64,000 nt of DNA from Obrimoposthia wandeli (taxonomy: Eukaryota): the NCBI GenBank assembly GCA_977020255.1, contig CDROCS010000137.1:62001-126000 (forward strand), in the 5' to 3' direction. The notes under the pieces are model-generated. The model worked only from the letters and a program-made list of their open reading frames with translations, was not told the origin of the DNA and searched no databases. Positions 1 through 14,120 of the stretch are shown here, piece by piece (the stretch's first letter is position 1; each line of letters opens with the position of its first letter). Position numbers and translations under genes: made by a program.

Positions 1-162
1 AGATGGAGGGAGATGGAGGAAGAGGATGAAGAGGAGAGAGATGGAGGAGGATGGAGGAAGATGGAGGAGGATGGAGGAGGATGGAGGAAGATGGAGGAGG
101 ATGGAGGAGGATGGAGGAAGATGGAAGAAATGCAGGAATTTGGAGAGAGATGGAGGAAGATG
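1..162. repeat. GA-rich minisatellite, ~10-bp unit ATGGAGG(G/A)AG, runs off window start
   Basis: Directly visible tandem units; the ORFs 13..195 and 26..343 are translations of it. Same family as 18955-20290 (inverted) and 25123-25215. Confidence 0.9.
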
Positions 163-277
163 GATATTTTTTGCAATATCATCTTTGCCACATGAGAGTG
201 GAAATCCACGTTATTTAATCAAGAATCAGATCAGTTTGAAAGCATCTGGGTTGAGGGATCAAGAAACGTATACTCAC

Positions 278-385
278 AATAAGGGTGGTGACTTTGAGCG
301 GAATTGTTTCGGTCTGATTAGACTGCTCCTCAGTTTGCCGTAGCAGCTCCAGCAAGGTCATGTGCTTGTCCGTCCAGAATCCGCT
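278..385 (-). CDS. iGluR (kainate/AMPA-type) exon: end of ATD and start of S1 (SGFWTDKHM...IPLKVTTLI); gene continues left of window
   Basis: CAG acceptor, GTGAGT donor, 108 bp, phase 0/0; resembles the iGluR segment xGxW...LxVTTIL. Confidence 0.85.
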
Positions 386-1699
386 CTGCATAATTCTCGG
401 CATCAAAACAGCTCTTCAATACACTCATATAGTCTTTCACAATTCAATATCATCAGTTAACTCCCAATAGGAAATTTACGATACGATGCTTAATGAATTT
501 TATTGTCCTTGCATTTTTTCAATCAAAAATTGTATTGATAATGATATTAAGGATAGGAATATATGTGGTAGTTGCCTATTATTTATGATAGATTTGAAGA
601 AACAATTGCGTACAAAACATATTTTGATTCATTGTGTGTCCAGAAGACAACATGGATAATGTGAGTGAATGTTGTAGGGGAATCTCTGCGACAGACACAA
701 GTGAGCATGGAATTTAAGGGGGTGCGCGAGATGGAGAGAAGATGCCAGAAGACGAGTCTCAAAGAGTCAGTCTGGCATGTAGACGAGCCTCTGTTCTCGA
801 TCACAGAAGCCATCAATAATGACGTGCATTCCCTGCGAGACTGATGATCCGATCCATTAGCCGGATCTTCCTCCGAGATCGCAATCGAATTAGGTGGGTG
901 TGTGGCAGGGGCATGTGTGTGCTGATGATGAGTGATGGCACTGCGGACTGCTCGAGCTTGGCTCGCTGGCTGGCTTGCCACAGCTCTCCACACACAACCA
1001 CCTGGGGCTTCCGCCTCGTCATTTTCCAAGTCCGATTCGATTAGTATCATTGGCCACATTTAATTATAGTCTGCTGACGACTTGATTCGCGCCGCCCCAC
1101 ACGGAGCCGCTCTGTCATGCTCAGATTAGCCGCTCCCAGCTTCCAAACACTCGGATAATCAAATCCCCAGAACAATTCACAGCTTCTCTTGGGCACGCAC
1201 AGTCAACTAGAGTATAAATGTTTTCGTAAAGAATAATCTTGTAAAATCAAATTGATCCAAACCTAGTTCCGATTTCTAACGTTAAAATATATTAATTATT
1301 TTTTAAATGAAAATTTACATTTTTAAAAAGATTTTTAACAGATTCGAATGTAAATGGAAAACAACAAAATACATTTTAAAATTGCCATTGGGTTACTGAA
1401 CAGATTTTAATAAAAGTAAACTAAATCTGAACACGCTAACATAAATAAAATTTCTTTTTTCACACCATTTATATTCTAGAATTATTGAAGTGACATTTGC
1501 AGATGGATGAAAGGTTAAATATTGCGTCAGTGGCTACCGCTTATATAATTTATTTAAAACTTCTGAAACCATTTTGTCGATTTACCTTTCCTTCCTCAAG
1601 GAAAATGCTCTGCACCCTCATCAGATCCGATGCTGCCTAAATAAACAATGTTGCCTAGTTTAAAAAAGTAAATGTCACTGTCAGTCTGTAGCTACTTAC

Positions 1700-1807
1700 C
1701 GTCGTGAATCCATTCTCAGTTAGCTCCAGAACAGTCAAGTTGAAGTTTTTCCGCTGTGCCATCACATCAAAGTCCATTCTACCAGTCACCCCGTAGAAGT
1801 TGTCCAC
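1700..1807 (-). CDS. iGluR ATD exon (VDNFYGVTGRMDFDVMAQRKNFNLTVLELTENGFTT)
   Basis: TAG acceptor, GTAAGT donor, 108 bp, phase 0/0; matches the iGluR GLTGRIxF...RxxFxLxIxEL motif. Confidence 0.9.
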
Positions 1808-1940
1808 CTACATCAAACAATTCCTTATTAACAGCTTAGAAGAGAATATGTAAGCGACGATGTATAAATATATTTACTGACTTGTTTCGAGCTTGAACGT
1901 TTATTTCAATCAAAGATAAATTAATAATCAAAACCATAAA

Positions 1941-2045
1941 TTTGTTGGGGTTTCTATTTGAAACTCTTAATCAAGTAGATCCTCGTACGGAGGCCCCAAC
2001 GTGAGTTCGGTAGCGATAGGGCTTACAGATGGATGTGGCCTACTT
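1941..2045 (+). repeat. Dispersed repeat family, copy 1 (core GATCCTCGTACGGAGGCCCCAACGTGAGTTC...GGATGTGGCCTAC)
   Basis: Recognisable diverged copies at about 33190-33485 (-), 44250-44585 (-) and 45373-45482 (+). Confidence 0.7.
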
Positions 2046-2992
2046 AATTCTAGTCTCAATCTGAAGGTTTTATGTCTTATTGCTTGGTGGAGTATTCAAA
2101 CAGCTGTGTTCACAGAATAGCTACTAGATAATCTGCAAAAATACGTTCATAAGCTCTCACCAATATAGAATTTCTATGAATTTTATATCCAATATCTATT
2201 TAATTTTGTTTTGTTTACTAGACATTCAAAAATTACTTTCAAACATAATATATTTTGTATGTATTTAGTTTAATATATTGTAATTTATTACTGTAATAGT
2301 CCATTACATAAAAAATAATTGATAGTTTACTATCGTTTACAATAAATTGAAAATTTATACATTAGTTGTAAACAAATCTGTACTAATTGATTTAAACTAG
2401 ATTAACTTTGTTTAATCCTCGAGTATATTATATTCTTTGATTTCAATTAATGTACATTTTAAATATTATTTTGTATTAATGAATAGTAAATTTGTTTTCT
2501 CAATTAAAAAGTTGAATGATTTCTCTTTTTTAACAATGATAACACAATATATATAGAGAGAAAAATGCAAACAACTCATTATACATAATTTGGAGATTAT
2601 TAAAGAGTTTTACTCATATTAAGATATTTTTGTAATTTTAATTAATTTAAAGTCAATAGCGTTAATTAAAATAAAGTTTGTCGCTGCTTTGTAACAAATT
2701 AGTTTACTATTTTATAATAATTTATTTGATTAAGTAATGAAAACTGTGAACAAAAAATAAATAAATTAGTTTTGCATATGTACAATTCTTTAATTAACAA
2801 AATTTGTAAATATTTCAATAATTAAAAGTGATATAAAAGGTAATCATCAAATAATAAATAAAAGTAGATTAATTAAATTTTAGTTAATAATATTGCAATT
2901 CTAAATCCTTCTTTATAACCAATGTTTAACATGAAAGATTTAAAATTCATACTTTTATCAGTAACTTTATTTAAAACGTATATGTACCTGAT

Positions 2993-4487
2993 TGATATAA
3001 TACAATCCTAAATATGCTAATTTCAGTTATGAGTTGTTCAACTATAAATATTTTTGACTTTTTTCATGATTTTACAACAAAACTTTCAAGTAGTTTACCT
3101 ATTAATCATAGTTTAAATGATTTTATCTGATATTTACTAATTTACTGTGAAAGAAAAATGGTAATTATAAACTTTATTTATTCGCTAAATATAATGTTTG
3201 AATTGTATTTATTTATTCTATATTTAGTTTATTTTAATGGAAAAAATTTCATTTACTTATTTTATTTTACTTACATGTGTTATAAAAATAATGGGTCACT
3301 AGCATTAATCTAACAATAAAACAAAATCTGCACTAAAATCCTTTTTACTTCCAACTAAATTCAAAATATAATCAAAATTATCATGCGCCAATTTAAATTC
3401 CATATGTGGTAAAGGTTGACTTAAAGCCCATCCGTATAAGTTATTCACATCTATATAGAGAAGTGATGTATTATCATCGAACTTACAATAATGTTTATTA
3501 ACAAAAGTCATACCTCTTCAAATACCTGCTTCAAAAAGATTAAACATTTTCGGATCATGTTCCAATTCTACTTTATGTTTTAATGATTTTACTGCACTAC
3601 ACCAACTAAGACCGGGAATACTAAAGAAATTAAGAGCCTCAAGATTATCATCATCAAATCTAACTCTCTGTCTAAAAGCCTCCAATACATCACAAATTAA
3701 GTATACATCAAGGCGCATATATTTCATCATATAGTCTTTAATATTAGTGCAAGCTAGTTTTGTCCACATTGTATGAGCTAAATTATATTTATCATCTGAA
3801 ACACTATCAGGAAATTCGCATTTGGGAGATAATCTATCTTCATACAACTTAGATTCACTGGAAATATATTCATTGTGAAAAAACACCTTTACTAGATATC
3901 AAATCAGTACTAAAATATCTTGATGTATACAGTGAATGTGGAAGATAACTAACCAATCTTTCAAGATTAGTTGTTGTAAAAAGATATTAATCTAAGAATT
4001 TCAATGTTCCAGTTGATAGTTTTGATAATTTTGATAATAGTTTTCATTTCAAAATAGTTGATGGTTGGTCACGGTATAATAGTCCAATATTTCCTCCTAA
4101 TTTTGATTTCACTACATTTTTAAATGATGATAATGAATTAGATAAGTATTTAAATAAATCTCTATATTTTAATGATTTACTTTATACACATGAAAAGCCA
4201 TTTTTTGATGAATTACATAATGATTTTGTAGCAACTGTAGACCTTGAAGCAATAACAAGTACTCAAATATATGGTGTACTTCAAGATAATCTATTTTTGA
4301 TACTACATCTAACCATAAAATGTTGAAACTGGTTATTAATTATGAGTTGTTTGCGTTTTTCTCTATAGTAATGATTAATAAGTAAACTACTTGAAAGTTT
4401 TGTTGTAAAATCATGAAAAAAGTTTAAAATATTTATAGTTGAACAACTCATAACTGAAATTTGCATATTTAGGATTGTATTATATCA
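2993..4487. mobile_element. Maverick-derived remnant bounded by 117-bp inverted repeats (2993-3109 / 4371-4487)
   Basis: The arms align with about 4 mismatches by eye. The interior holds a pPolB fragment (-) and an ATG-less ~100-codon open frame (+, ~4020-4326). Confidence 0.75.
3305..4020 (-). pseudogene. polB: Protein-primed DNA polymerase B (Maverick pPolB) fragment with stops and frameshifts
   Basis: KFLD*YLF..LERLV, SKGVF, YMRLDVYLI, LEALNFFSIPGLSW, YIDVNNLYGWALSQPLP; clearly homologous to polB at 62.6-63.5 kb. Confidence 0.9.
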
Positions 4488-7214
4488 TTATTATATTGTA
4501 TTATATGTACTTGATTAATTTTTTTGAATTGATTGATGTTAAAAAGCAACAATTTACATGATCGCAGATTCAAATTTTAGTATATTTTGTCTGTATTTGA
4601 AGGTCATCCTCAATGAAGGTCATATATTATTATAATAATGAAGGAATGAACACTTTACTTTAATACTAATGATCTACTTGAAACAATCAGTTTTTTAGAC
4701 AAATCTAGGGGTGGATATTATGAAATTAAAATATTAAGTCTGAACTTATTTAGAGTAATACTCATAATGTACTCTGCAGAAATCCAAATCTCGTCCTAAA
4801 TTTGTTTTCTAAAAAATTATTCCACAAAAAAATCCTCAAAACGTTTTTCACAAATTTTCATTTTCCTAAAACAAAGAAGAACTTTCTATATCGTGTTGCG
4901 AGTAAAAAAATTTACTATTTTTTAGAAAATAAACACGATACTAACTTTCTTATGTAATGACCGTTTGTTTTTGAATTATCAGTTCAGGACACAAATCAGT
5001 GAGTGGGATTCTAACTCTCGCGGAGATTCATATAGCGGATCTTAAGTCCACAGCATTAACCTCTAAAATTAAGTAGGTCACGTGATTGAATGAACTTGTA
5101 CAAAAACTTACTTAAAACATCAAAAAAGATTTTAGGAAAAATAAATTTTTCTAGAAAAAAATTTGAGAAAAACTGAAAAAATTTTAAGATAAAATATCTG
5201 AAGAATCGGTTTCTCCTGAGTTGGTTATGGGTATTAATAATCGAATAGTAAAGTTTGTGTTCCCTCACGTTCCCTCTCCTAGGCTCCGACTCTGGACCCA
5301 TCCCGAGTCATGAGAAATGAGCTGTGATTTGCTGATAAGAGTTCTGCCCATAAGTCGGGTGTGAAAACAGAGGTGTCAACGACTGAGAACCGACACGTCA
5401 CACTACTTCGATGCATTACAAACAAATTTCCTAAAAATCAATGTGATTCTTAGGAGAAAAAATGTCTCGAAATTCAATTACTGAAATAATTTGTTGGAAG
5501 GCTTTTGAATCTCTTCAAATATCATGACGGTCAAATGTTGTTTGGAATTTAATTTAGGTAGATGGGATATAAATGTTACTCAAATTCATAACACAGATTA
5601 ATCTGTTTGGCATTCGCTGGAAGAAAGTAACTGAATCCACATCATTGTTTTCCACTCTTTCTTATTTTTAAATTTTAATACTCAGTAAACTTAGCGTAAG
5701 ATGTAGGCCCAGTAATGTGGGGTGAATTGAATTAAATTGGAATACATTTGAATGATTTGTTTATAGAAATAATTATATTGGTTTTATTGAATTGAATTGG
5801 ATTTATTAAATGTGTTTTAATGTGAAGTAATATGACTTTTAATTTAACTTTTATTCAGCTCTAAATTTGAATTATGAAAATTTTTGAAAAGTCTATAAAA
5901 ATGGCCAAGTCCAACAGTCTGAAAGGCCATGAGTCATAAGTTTAAAAAAGCCACCAATGAGAGCCCGTCAAAAAAGTGATGGCAGGCATCATCTTGGCAC
6001 AATAATAAACGACCCCCATACTACTAACACATATGACTGTATGCTTGTGTTGTATAATATATTATAACTCTATTTAAATACATTTTGTATTTTGGTTTAA
6101 GTTAAAAATATTTTAACGAAATAGCTCTGTTTGTTATCAATATTTCCTACTTTTTTGGTTTTCCTTTGTAAATGAAACAATGTGTTTCTTTTGTTAAAAA
6201 GGTTTGATTTTGTGGTTAAATTTCAAGTTTGTGGCGATGGTGTCCCTACAGGACGTCCCGGATGTGATAAATAAATGATCGGGATCCTTGCGTAAACCTT
6301 CATGAAATGATATGGCGATGGTCGTCAGCAAAAGCGGGTTTAGCAGCCATTTGACTTCTGACTAAGCTTACAAAAGTTCACTTGTATGGTACTGCGGTGG
6401 GCTTCATCACATTGTTGGTACACTTTTATCTAATATGAAGTTTACAACTTTGTTCAATTTTTTTGTGCATTACTAAATTGCTTTCTATTTTTTTAAATGA
6501 GTCTGGTGAAGTCTTTTATATAGCTGTATTAGGGACATTTGTCTGTCCTTGATCCTGATCCAAACTTTTCATGCGATTGGTCCATTTATTAAGAATACCG
6601 TTTATCGTTAAATGTCAAACCATATATAATTTATGCATCAATCATATTTTAAGATAAAATTATTTTATTTATCCATCTCACAATATTGACTTTCAATTTA
6701 TCTGAAAGTCGTCACGGTAACTCCTATTTTTCTCCTAATGACGATTGTGGGAAAATGAAGATTGAGATAATTGAGACGTCAAATTGAAGGAATAAACGCA
6801 TTACAACAAACTCTCAAGGATGACTGATTCCCAGTTGGGAAACTAATGGGAATGATAATGACAATTTCCCGACCAGAACCTCGATTTAGCACAGGAGGCA
6901 GTGATCAGTAATCAATGGCTGTAGTCCTTGAAATGGCGGGGGGCAACATAGAATGTCCGACTGTGTGGTTTGCGGGAACCCGGCTCAACTGTCGATTAGG
7001 CGATAATCCGAATTGAATTATCTTCTGTAGCTGCTGTGGACTCCGCATTATATGCTGGATTCAGCGCGAGCAGAGTGAGAGACGATTCGATTAGGTCCAC
7101 TAAACCAACTTCAGTTTCTAGCCTATTTCTAGGAGACCGATTTCGACACTGCAGCTGCCTCACAATCAGAGCTATCCATATGCTTTCCCTCTTTGCATCA
7201 ACTAATTTGTGAAA

Positions 7215-7849
7215 GGGAGAGAAGTGGTGCAATGTGGAGAGAGAGAAGTGGTGCAATGTGGAGAGAGAGAAGTGGTGCAGTGTGGAGGGAGAGAAGCGGT
7301 GCAGTGTGGAGAGAGAGAAGTAGTGCAGTGTGGAGGGAGAGAAGTGATACAATGTGGACGGAGAGAAGTGGTGCAGTGTAGAGGGAGAGAAGTGGTGCAG
7401 TGTGGAGAGAGAGAAGTGGTGCAATGTGGAGACAAGTGGTGCAGTGTGGAGAGAAAGGAGCAGTGTGGAGAGAGAGAAGTAGTGCAGTGTGGAGAGAGAG
7501 AAGTAGTGCAGTGTGGAGAGAGAGAAGTGGTGCAGTGTGGAGAGAGAGAAGTGGTGCAGTGTGGAGGGAGAGAAGTGGTGCAATGTGGAGACAAGTGGTG
7601 CAGTGTGGAGAGAAAGGAGCAGTGTGGAGAGAGAGAAGTAGTACAGTGTGGAGAGAGAGAAGTAGTGCAGTGTGGAGAGAGAGAAGTGGTGCAGTGTGGA
7701 GGGAGAGAAGTGATACAATGTGGACGGAGAGAAGTGGTGCAGTGTGGAGGGAGAGAAGTGATGCAGTGTGGAGGGAGAGAAGTGGTGCAGTGTGGAGGGA
7801 GAGAAGTAGTGCAGTGTGGAGGGAGAGAAGTGATACAATGTGGAGAGAA
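7215..7849. repeat. Minisatellite, 24-bp unit GAGAGAGAAGTGGTGCAGTGTGGA, ~26 copies
   Basis: Direct inspection; 8-aa periodicity in the spurious ORFs (EVVQCGER). Confidence 0.95.
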
Positions 7850-9006
7850 GGTCTCTGACTTGCCGCCGCAGCGGAAGCCAGTTGACAGTGATGAGCCAGT
7901 ACCCGAGTGAGCTGGGCTTAGTAGCCATCTAAATGTCACGCTCTCACGTCAGGCATAATTAGTGTCGTCACGCAGGTGAAACGGCAGCAGCTGATGCACC
8001 TGGTCTTCTACTGAAGCGGTTTGCTCTCACATTGACATGGCCTCATCATTCACGAGGTGAGAGGAAATGAATCGAAGGATTTTCTCCAATGAGACTGGTT
8101 ATGCACGTTTTTCATTTTCTGTTAATGAATTGTGGTATCTAAACATAATTTCTGTTTGAAGAATTTGATTTAAAATCAGTGACTCTTTCTCTAATAGTAA
8201 GGTTTGTCGTATAAACTATAATGCCCTTAATACAAGTATGTATACACTTTACTGCCGGTTTGATCTGCATCTGCCGAATGCTGCTAGCAGCTGAATGTCG
8301 GGAGATATTGAGAAGTCTGGAATGGAGGTACGTGAAATCCAAGTGTGTGTGGAGGTGTATGGTCAGAGACAGCATTATACGGAACAGTGGGACACGGGTT
8401 AAATTATCTAGATATGTGGGGCCATGGATGATTAATGGGGAAAACCAACTCAGAGAGAGAAAGGAACACCGACTTTGGTGGGCTTTGCATGGAACTTTTC
8501 CCGGTTAGAAAACGAGGGAAAAAAGAAAAACTGGCAACTGATCCCTGGGAGCTCACCGTCCCTATTTCCCTGAGATGCGTGGGTGTGGGTGTAGATGGGA
8601 AAGTGAGCAAATCAGTCTAGTCTGACAGTGCTCAGGTCCTGGATTTTGGTTATCATGTTGAGGCAGCCTATTTTCATACTGTACATCGATTTTGCACATG
8701 TTAATCTTCGACATTCTCAGCCATTCGCACTTATTCTTCTTCTTCAATATGTATGGTAGGTTGATTTACATTCAGGCTGGATTGAATTTAGTGAATTAAT
8801 TCATTTCTATTTAAATATCCAGACATATATCTTTCTTGCCTGCCTGGGGAGATGTACGTGCTCCGTTTAGAATAATATGTTTTTATCAAATTCAGTAATG
8901 GGCCCTCTTATGTGATGTGAAAAACCATATTATTTCTATAATTTCCTTTAGCCTAACAGACCCTCGATGGGGTTCTTCTGCTGTGTGGTGTGTCTGATGT
9001 GCTCAC

Positions 9007-9159
9007 CGTCTGGATGGCATTGATCAGGCTGGGTCCATGTGACCAAGTGTGTGAGCCGTCACAGTCGAGTGGTTGAGGGCTCAAAGTCGCCGACAGCGCC
9101 AACTTGGCTATGCCGCGAGCTAGCATCGTCACGGAGTCGAACACGATTGCTGCGTGAGC
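9007..9159 (-). CDS. iGluR ATD exon (AHAAIVFDSVTMLARG...LDCDGSHTWSHGPSLINAIQT)
   Basis: CAG acceptor, GTGAGC donor, 153 bp, phase 0/0; matches the iGluR AALxYDAV...C....W..G motif. Confidence 0.9.
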
Positions 9160-10399
9160 CTGCAACACAAACCAATCATCAATCGGATACAAGCTGAGGA
9201 GACAGTTTCACCCCTTTTTAGCTTCATCAACGAAACCAAAGCTCATCCTTTTCCTATGCGACATAATTTTTTTCACAGCTTCATTTTTTGAAGATATGGT
9301 GCTTCAACAATATGCAAAAATAAAAGTCCAGTTTAACTCATTCCGTCCCCTTCGTACCGGGAGAGGAATGCAGATGCCCTTCGGAACCGTACATGTGTCT
9401 GGAGTGAAATTTTGTGTGAATGAATTTCACATACGACATCCAAAGATGAACCTAATCGCTCAAAAGAGATCAACGAGCCATATAAGAGCACAAGAATTGA
9501 GACAGCTTTACTCACCTCATCAGTATCTCCTTGGTGTAAACGAAATCTCAGATGATTACTTTGTATGAATTCTGTAAGAGTCAGATTATTTTATTTTAGA
9601 GTAGTCAATGTTATTTAAAAGACAGATAAAATTTAATAAAGGCCCAAATATGTACGTTTATATTGTTCATTTTTGGATACAAGTTTGTTAGTTAAAGCAA
9701 TACTACAATATAAAAACATTTTTTGTTGTTGTTTTTGACAGATTTAGACCTAATTGGTATCAGCATCACTCGGAGAGTTTGTTCTGTAAACATTTGTGAA
9801 GCGGTTAAGTGACCTTTGTATTCAGACAGAACGTTATAAAGTTGCGTCAAAGTTGGTGCCCAATATTGCTGGAATCAGAAGTATATGGTGAGGCAATGTA
9901 TTTTCAGCACTAAGCTTCGAATGGTAAATTCTTTTTACTCCTTATTTACTCGAAATTTGACCGGGATGATCATGCGAAATTTAATAAATTTTTGCGGCTA
10001 ATAATATCATTTATAAAAAATATCTCAATTGGAATCAAAGATCTCACCAAAATTTCGATTCTTTGAATTTCCTCTTTTATTAGTGCTTGATAATACTGCT
10101 TGATTCACTTGTTGACCCATATTTATACTCATACTCATTTTCTAATTCTGAAGTTTTATTATAACAAATTGACGTAAAAAAATAATAAAAAATAATTAGA
10201 CTGCGAAAAATGACTTAGCCTATTATGAGAGTTCCCTGGATAAAGATTATTTGGAGTAGTATTTTGAATAAATATTCATTTGTACATTTGTGTCGTATTT
10301 TAATGGTAAACATTTTTTTAAAATTTATTAATTTATGAATGTTTTTTGTACTATAATTACTTTACAAAATGGGTTTTTCAAAAACTTCTAATAATGAAA

Positions 10400-11600
10400 T
10401 TGAAATAGTAAAGTACGCTAGAATGGTTGACATTGAATGGACATTGTACACAAGAGCCATCAACCTCCCAATCGTTCACTATTGACCATATCGGTATAGA
10501 TTACAATTAGATAAAACTCCTCTGCATTAAGAGTGGGTGACCCAATTGAAAAATATTCCCCACTGCAATTTAAAGAGCCAGATTAGCAGATTATCAACTT
10601 ATGAACTTTTGTAACTCTTGTGTTGTGAGTAGTGTTGCTTTTAAATCGAAATCTGAATAACTTAATTTACAGCAATATCACATAGCTCAAAACATACTAT
10701 ATTGAATAATTTCCAGAAATATGACTAAACTAAATGCTCATTGTAGTTGCTTTCGTGTTTCGAAATTCTCCAACACGATGAGAAAACTCATGTAGATTTG
10801 AGGAACTTGTTGCCTATGTGTTGCCTCAACGCCCCATAGCCACATAATTTCAATATCGAGTTCCCATCCTCCTTCAGAATTATAACCACACGTGTAGAGT
10901 AGTCAGATCTTCTGAACACGAACATAACAATACATTTTTGTTTCGATCCATCCTACTCAAAGATATGGAGCATTTAAATGACGTTTAAACTAACAGATTG
11001 ACGGCTTTCTTCAACATCGAGGACTTCTTGGCAAGTCTTGTCGCCATGGTAAGTGCGATCGAAAAATTTGGATTTTCAAGGACATCCAGATATTTTGGTT
11101 GAAAGCAGATTTGAAAAATAAAACTTGGTTTCTTCCACTTTATGCCGCTCCTCGAAAGTATATTTAAAACTCGTCATTTGCCACAGAGGTAAAGTTATAC
11201 TATTGTCGTCCATACCGCACTTAGATAGCACCATTATATTGGATTATTTTCTACTTTGTGTAGCATCTAACCCACGTTAAAGACACTGTAATGATTTAGT
11301 CAAACAAGTATAAATATTAAGATTATTTTTAAATTAAACAATTATTCTGCTTCGATATTTCTCTAAGGAATCGCAAGAAACTGCGACTAATAATATTTAA
11401 GATTGAGGAGCTATAAGAAGTTAATGTTAAATATTATTACAGCTCAGAGACTCAGAAATAGCAGTTCAATAATCTCAGCATTCCGAGAATTCGTCCTCAA
11501 ATTCCTTCTGTAAATCTCGATAGTTCTTCATTCTCTGATACACACTGCTGTTGCTTATGAAGTTCGACCGTTCATCTGACGTTCTGTCGGTCCATCATCC
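10400..11600 (-). mobile_element. Possible heavily decayed Ty3/Gypsy gag-pol remnant
   Basis: Only faint peptide resemblance (ILKEDGNSILKLCGY ~ RT KxDGSxRxCGD; IAVGNIFQ ~ APAIFQ), with many stops; boundaries approximate. Confidence 0.25.
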
Positions 11601-13132
11601 TCAGTCTGGCTGATCTTCTGCTAAGATATGTTGAGATAGTCGGCAGTTCAACCTGGAGCATTTCATTTAAATAGAACACCTTGCCAAAGATCAAGCATTT
11701 CTGGATTGACATTACAATTCTAATTGCATTTCTCGCCTTCTTGTTCTGGCAGCTGTATTTAGGGGGACTGGCAGACGGAGTGGGATTTGTTGGATGGATT
11801 CGTCAACACGGAGTTGTGAACAGCGAGCTAACATTTCTGAAGATTCCTCATTTTCATACACACCAAGTTAAGAAAGCGTCTTTAACTCCAAGTTGCATAT
11901 TTTAACAATGATATTTATCTGCAAGTTCATCGACATATTTGCATCAAAGCTGAATTTTAGATTGATTTCAAATGTGCTTCAAATAGTGATTTTAAAATTA
12001 ATACTTAGCACACACAATAAGTGGAGAAGCAAACGAATGAAAATATAATTTCTTTTTATAATGACAACAATTTATCGAATTTCGGATTTCTCTTTTAAAG
12101 AACGCTTCCGAACATTCTTTGTACAAAATCATTAAATTTGTTCTATCATTGCCCGATCTGATCTACCCGAATATAGGTTCTCTGTAACTGCCATTCGTCA
12201 GGCTTATCGCTGAAACCCCCAAAAATCTCTGGCTAAATATATAAACAAGAATGAAAAAAATTCACTTTTAATGACATTTGACATCGAATGTTTTAGTGGC
12301 TTCTTAAAGTTCCTTTTTTTTAAAAATGTCGTTAAGTAAGTATTGGGAACGATTCCCTTCCATGCCCACGTAATTTTCTTGGTTTGCGGCGGCGGCATAC
12401 AGAATGAGAGGGCAGGGCAAAGAAGAAGAAGTTGCCGCAGGGCTTACTGCAGCAAACTGAAGAAGATGTGATCGATCATCTCCATCAGATTGTTTATTCG
12501 ACACCATCAGGTAGATCGAGTTCACATGTTTACGTATACATTCCTAAGTTTACAGAAGACCACTTGGTTCCCACTCTGCATCGTGAGCCAGCCTCACTCA
12601 TTTCATAATCCCTTTCTGAACCATCACAAAATCATCGATTAACTCAGATGCATTTGATACGAGATCTCAAAATGAATTTCATTGTGTAAAAAATGAAATT
12701 GTTCACATAAAAGTTTGAAATACAATTTATAAAAAGAAAATATAAATGACTTTTTTGAGAAGCGTACTGAGAAGTGTACTCACCATAAAATTGGGGAAGA
12801 TATCCGCCTTCTTTGCCGATCCTTCAGATTCGATTATAGCGGTTATGAGGGTTTTCACTTTCTTCTCGCGACTAATCATCGCCTTGACGACAGTATCATT
12901 GATAAAAGAGAAGGCCGTTATGTTTACAAGGTTGTTGATCTTGAATGCAGCAAGATCCACCAGACCCACATCCTGATAACATTTATGTTTTATTACGAAC
13001 ACATAATTCAGCAGAGTCATATTCCACAAACACATTTTATATTTATACATGTATACAATAATATTTATAAACAAATCTTCTCCGTAAGATATTTCCAGCT
13101 TCTGATTACATAATTAAAATGATGCATATCAA

Positions 13133-14120
13133 TGAGTGGAGAGTGACACAGATGCATATGAATGTGTGGAGAGTGACACAGATGCATATGAATGTGTGGA
13201 GAGTGACACAGATGCATATGAATGTGTGGAGAGTGACACAGATGCATATGAATGAGTGGAGAGTGACACAGATGCATATGAATGTGTGGAGAGTGACACA
13301 GATGCATATGAATGTGTGGGGAGTGACACATATGCATATGAATGTGTAGAGGGTGACACAGATGCATATGAATGTGTGGAGAGTGACACAGATGCATATG
13401 AATGTGTGGAGAGTGACACAGATGCATATGAATGTGTGGAGAGTGACACAGATGCATATGAATGTGTGGAGAGACACAGATGCATATGAATGAGTGGAGA
13501 GTGATGCATATGAATGAGTGGAGAGTGACACAGATGCATATGAATGTGTGGAGAGTGACACAGATGCATATGAATGTGTGGAGGGTGATACACATGCATA
13601 TGAATGAGTGGAGAGTGATGCATATGAATGTGTGGAGAGTGACACAGATGCATATGAATGTGTGGAGAGTGACACAGATGCATATGAATGTGTGGAGAGT
13701 GACACAGATGCATATGAATGTGTGGAGAGTGACACAGATGCATATGAATGTGTGGAGAGTGACACAGATGCATATGAATGTGTGGAGAGTGACACAGATG
13801 CATATGAATGTGTGGAGAGTGACACAGATGCATATGAATGTGTGGAGAGTGACACAGATGCATATGAATGTGTGGAGAGTGACACAGATGCATATGAATG
13901 TGTGAAGAGTGACACAGTTGCATATGAATGTGTGGGGAGTGACACATATGCATATGAATGTGTAGAGGGTGACACAGATGCATATGAATGTGTGGAGAGT
14001 GATATAGATGCATACGAATGTGTGGAGAGTGACACATATGCATATGAATGTGTGGAAAGTGACACAGATGCATATGAATGTGTGGAGAGTGACACAGATG
14101 CATATGAATGTGTGGAGAGT
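13133..14120. repeat. Minisatellite, 30-bp unit GAGAGTGACACAGATGCATATGAATGTGTG, ~33 copies
   Basis: Direct inspection; 10-aa periodicity (YECVESDTDA) in the spurious ORFs. Confidence 0.95.

Noticed and set aside
583-1200. GC-richer island with a 158-aa minus-strand ORF
   Set aside because: No recognisable motif, and not needed between the in-phase exons at 1700 and 385.
6996-7939. Long ORFs of 150-310 aa with Cys/His repeats
   Set aside because: They are translations of the 24-bp minisatellite, open in several frames on both strands, and lie within an iGluR intron.
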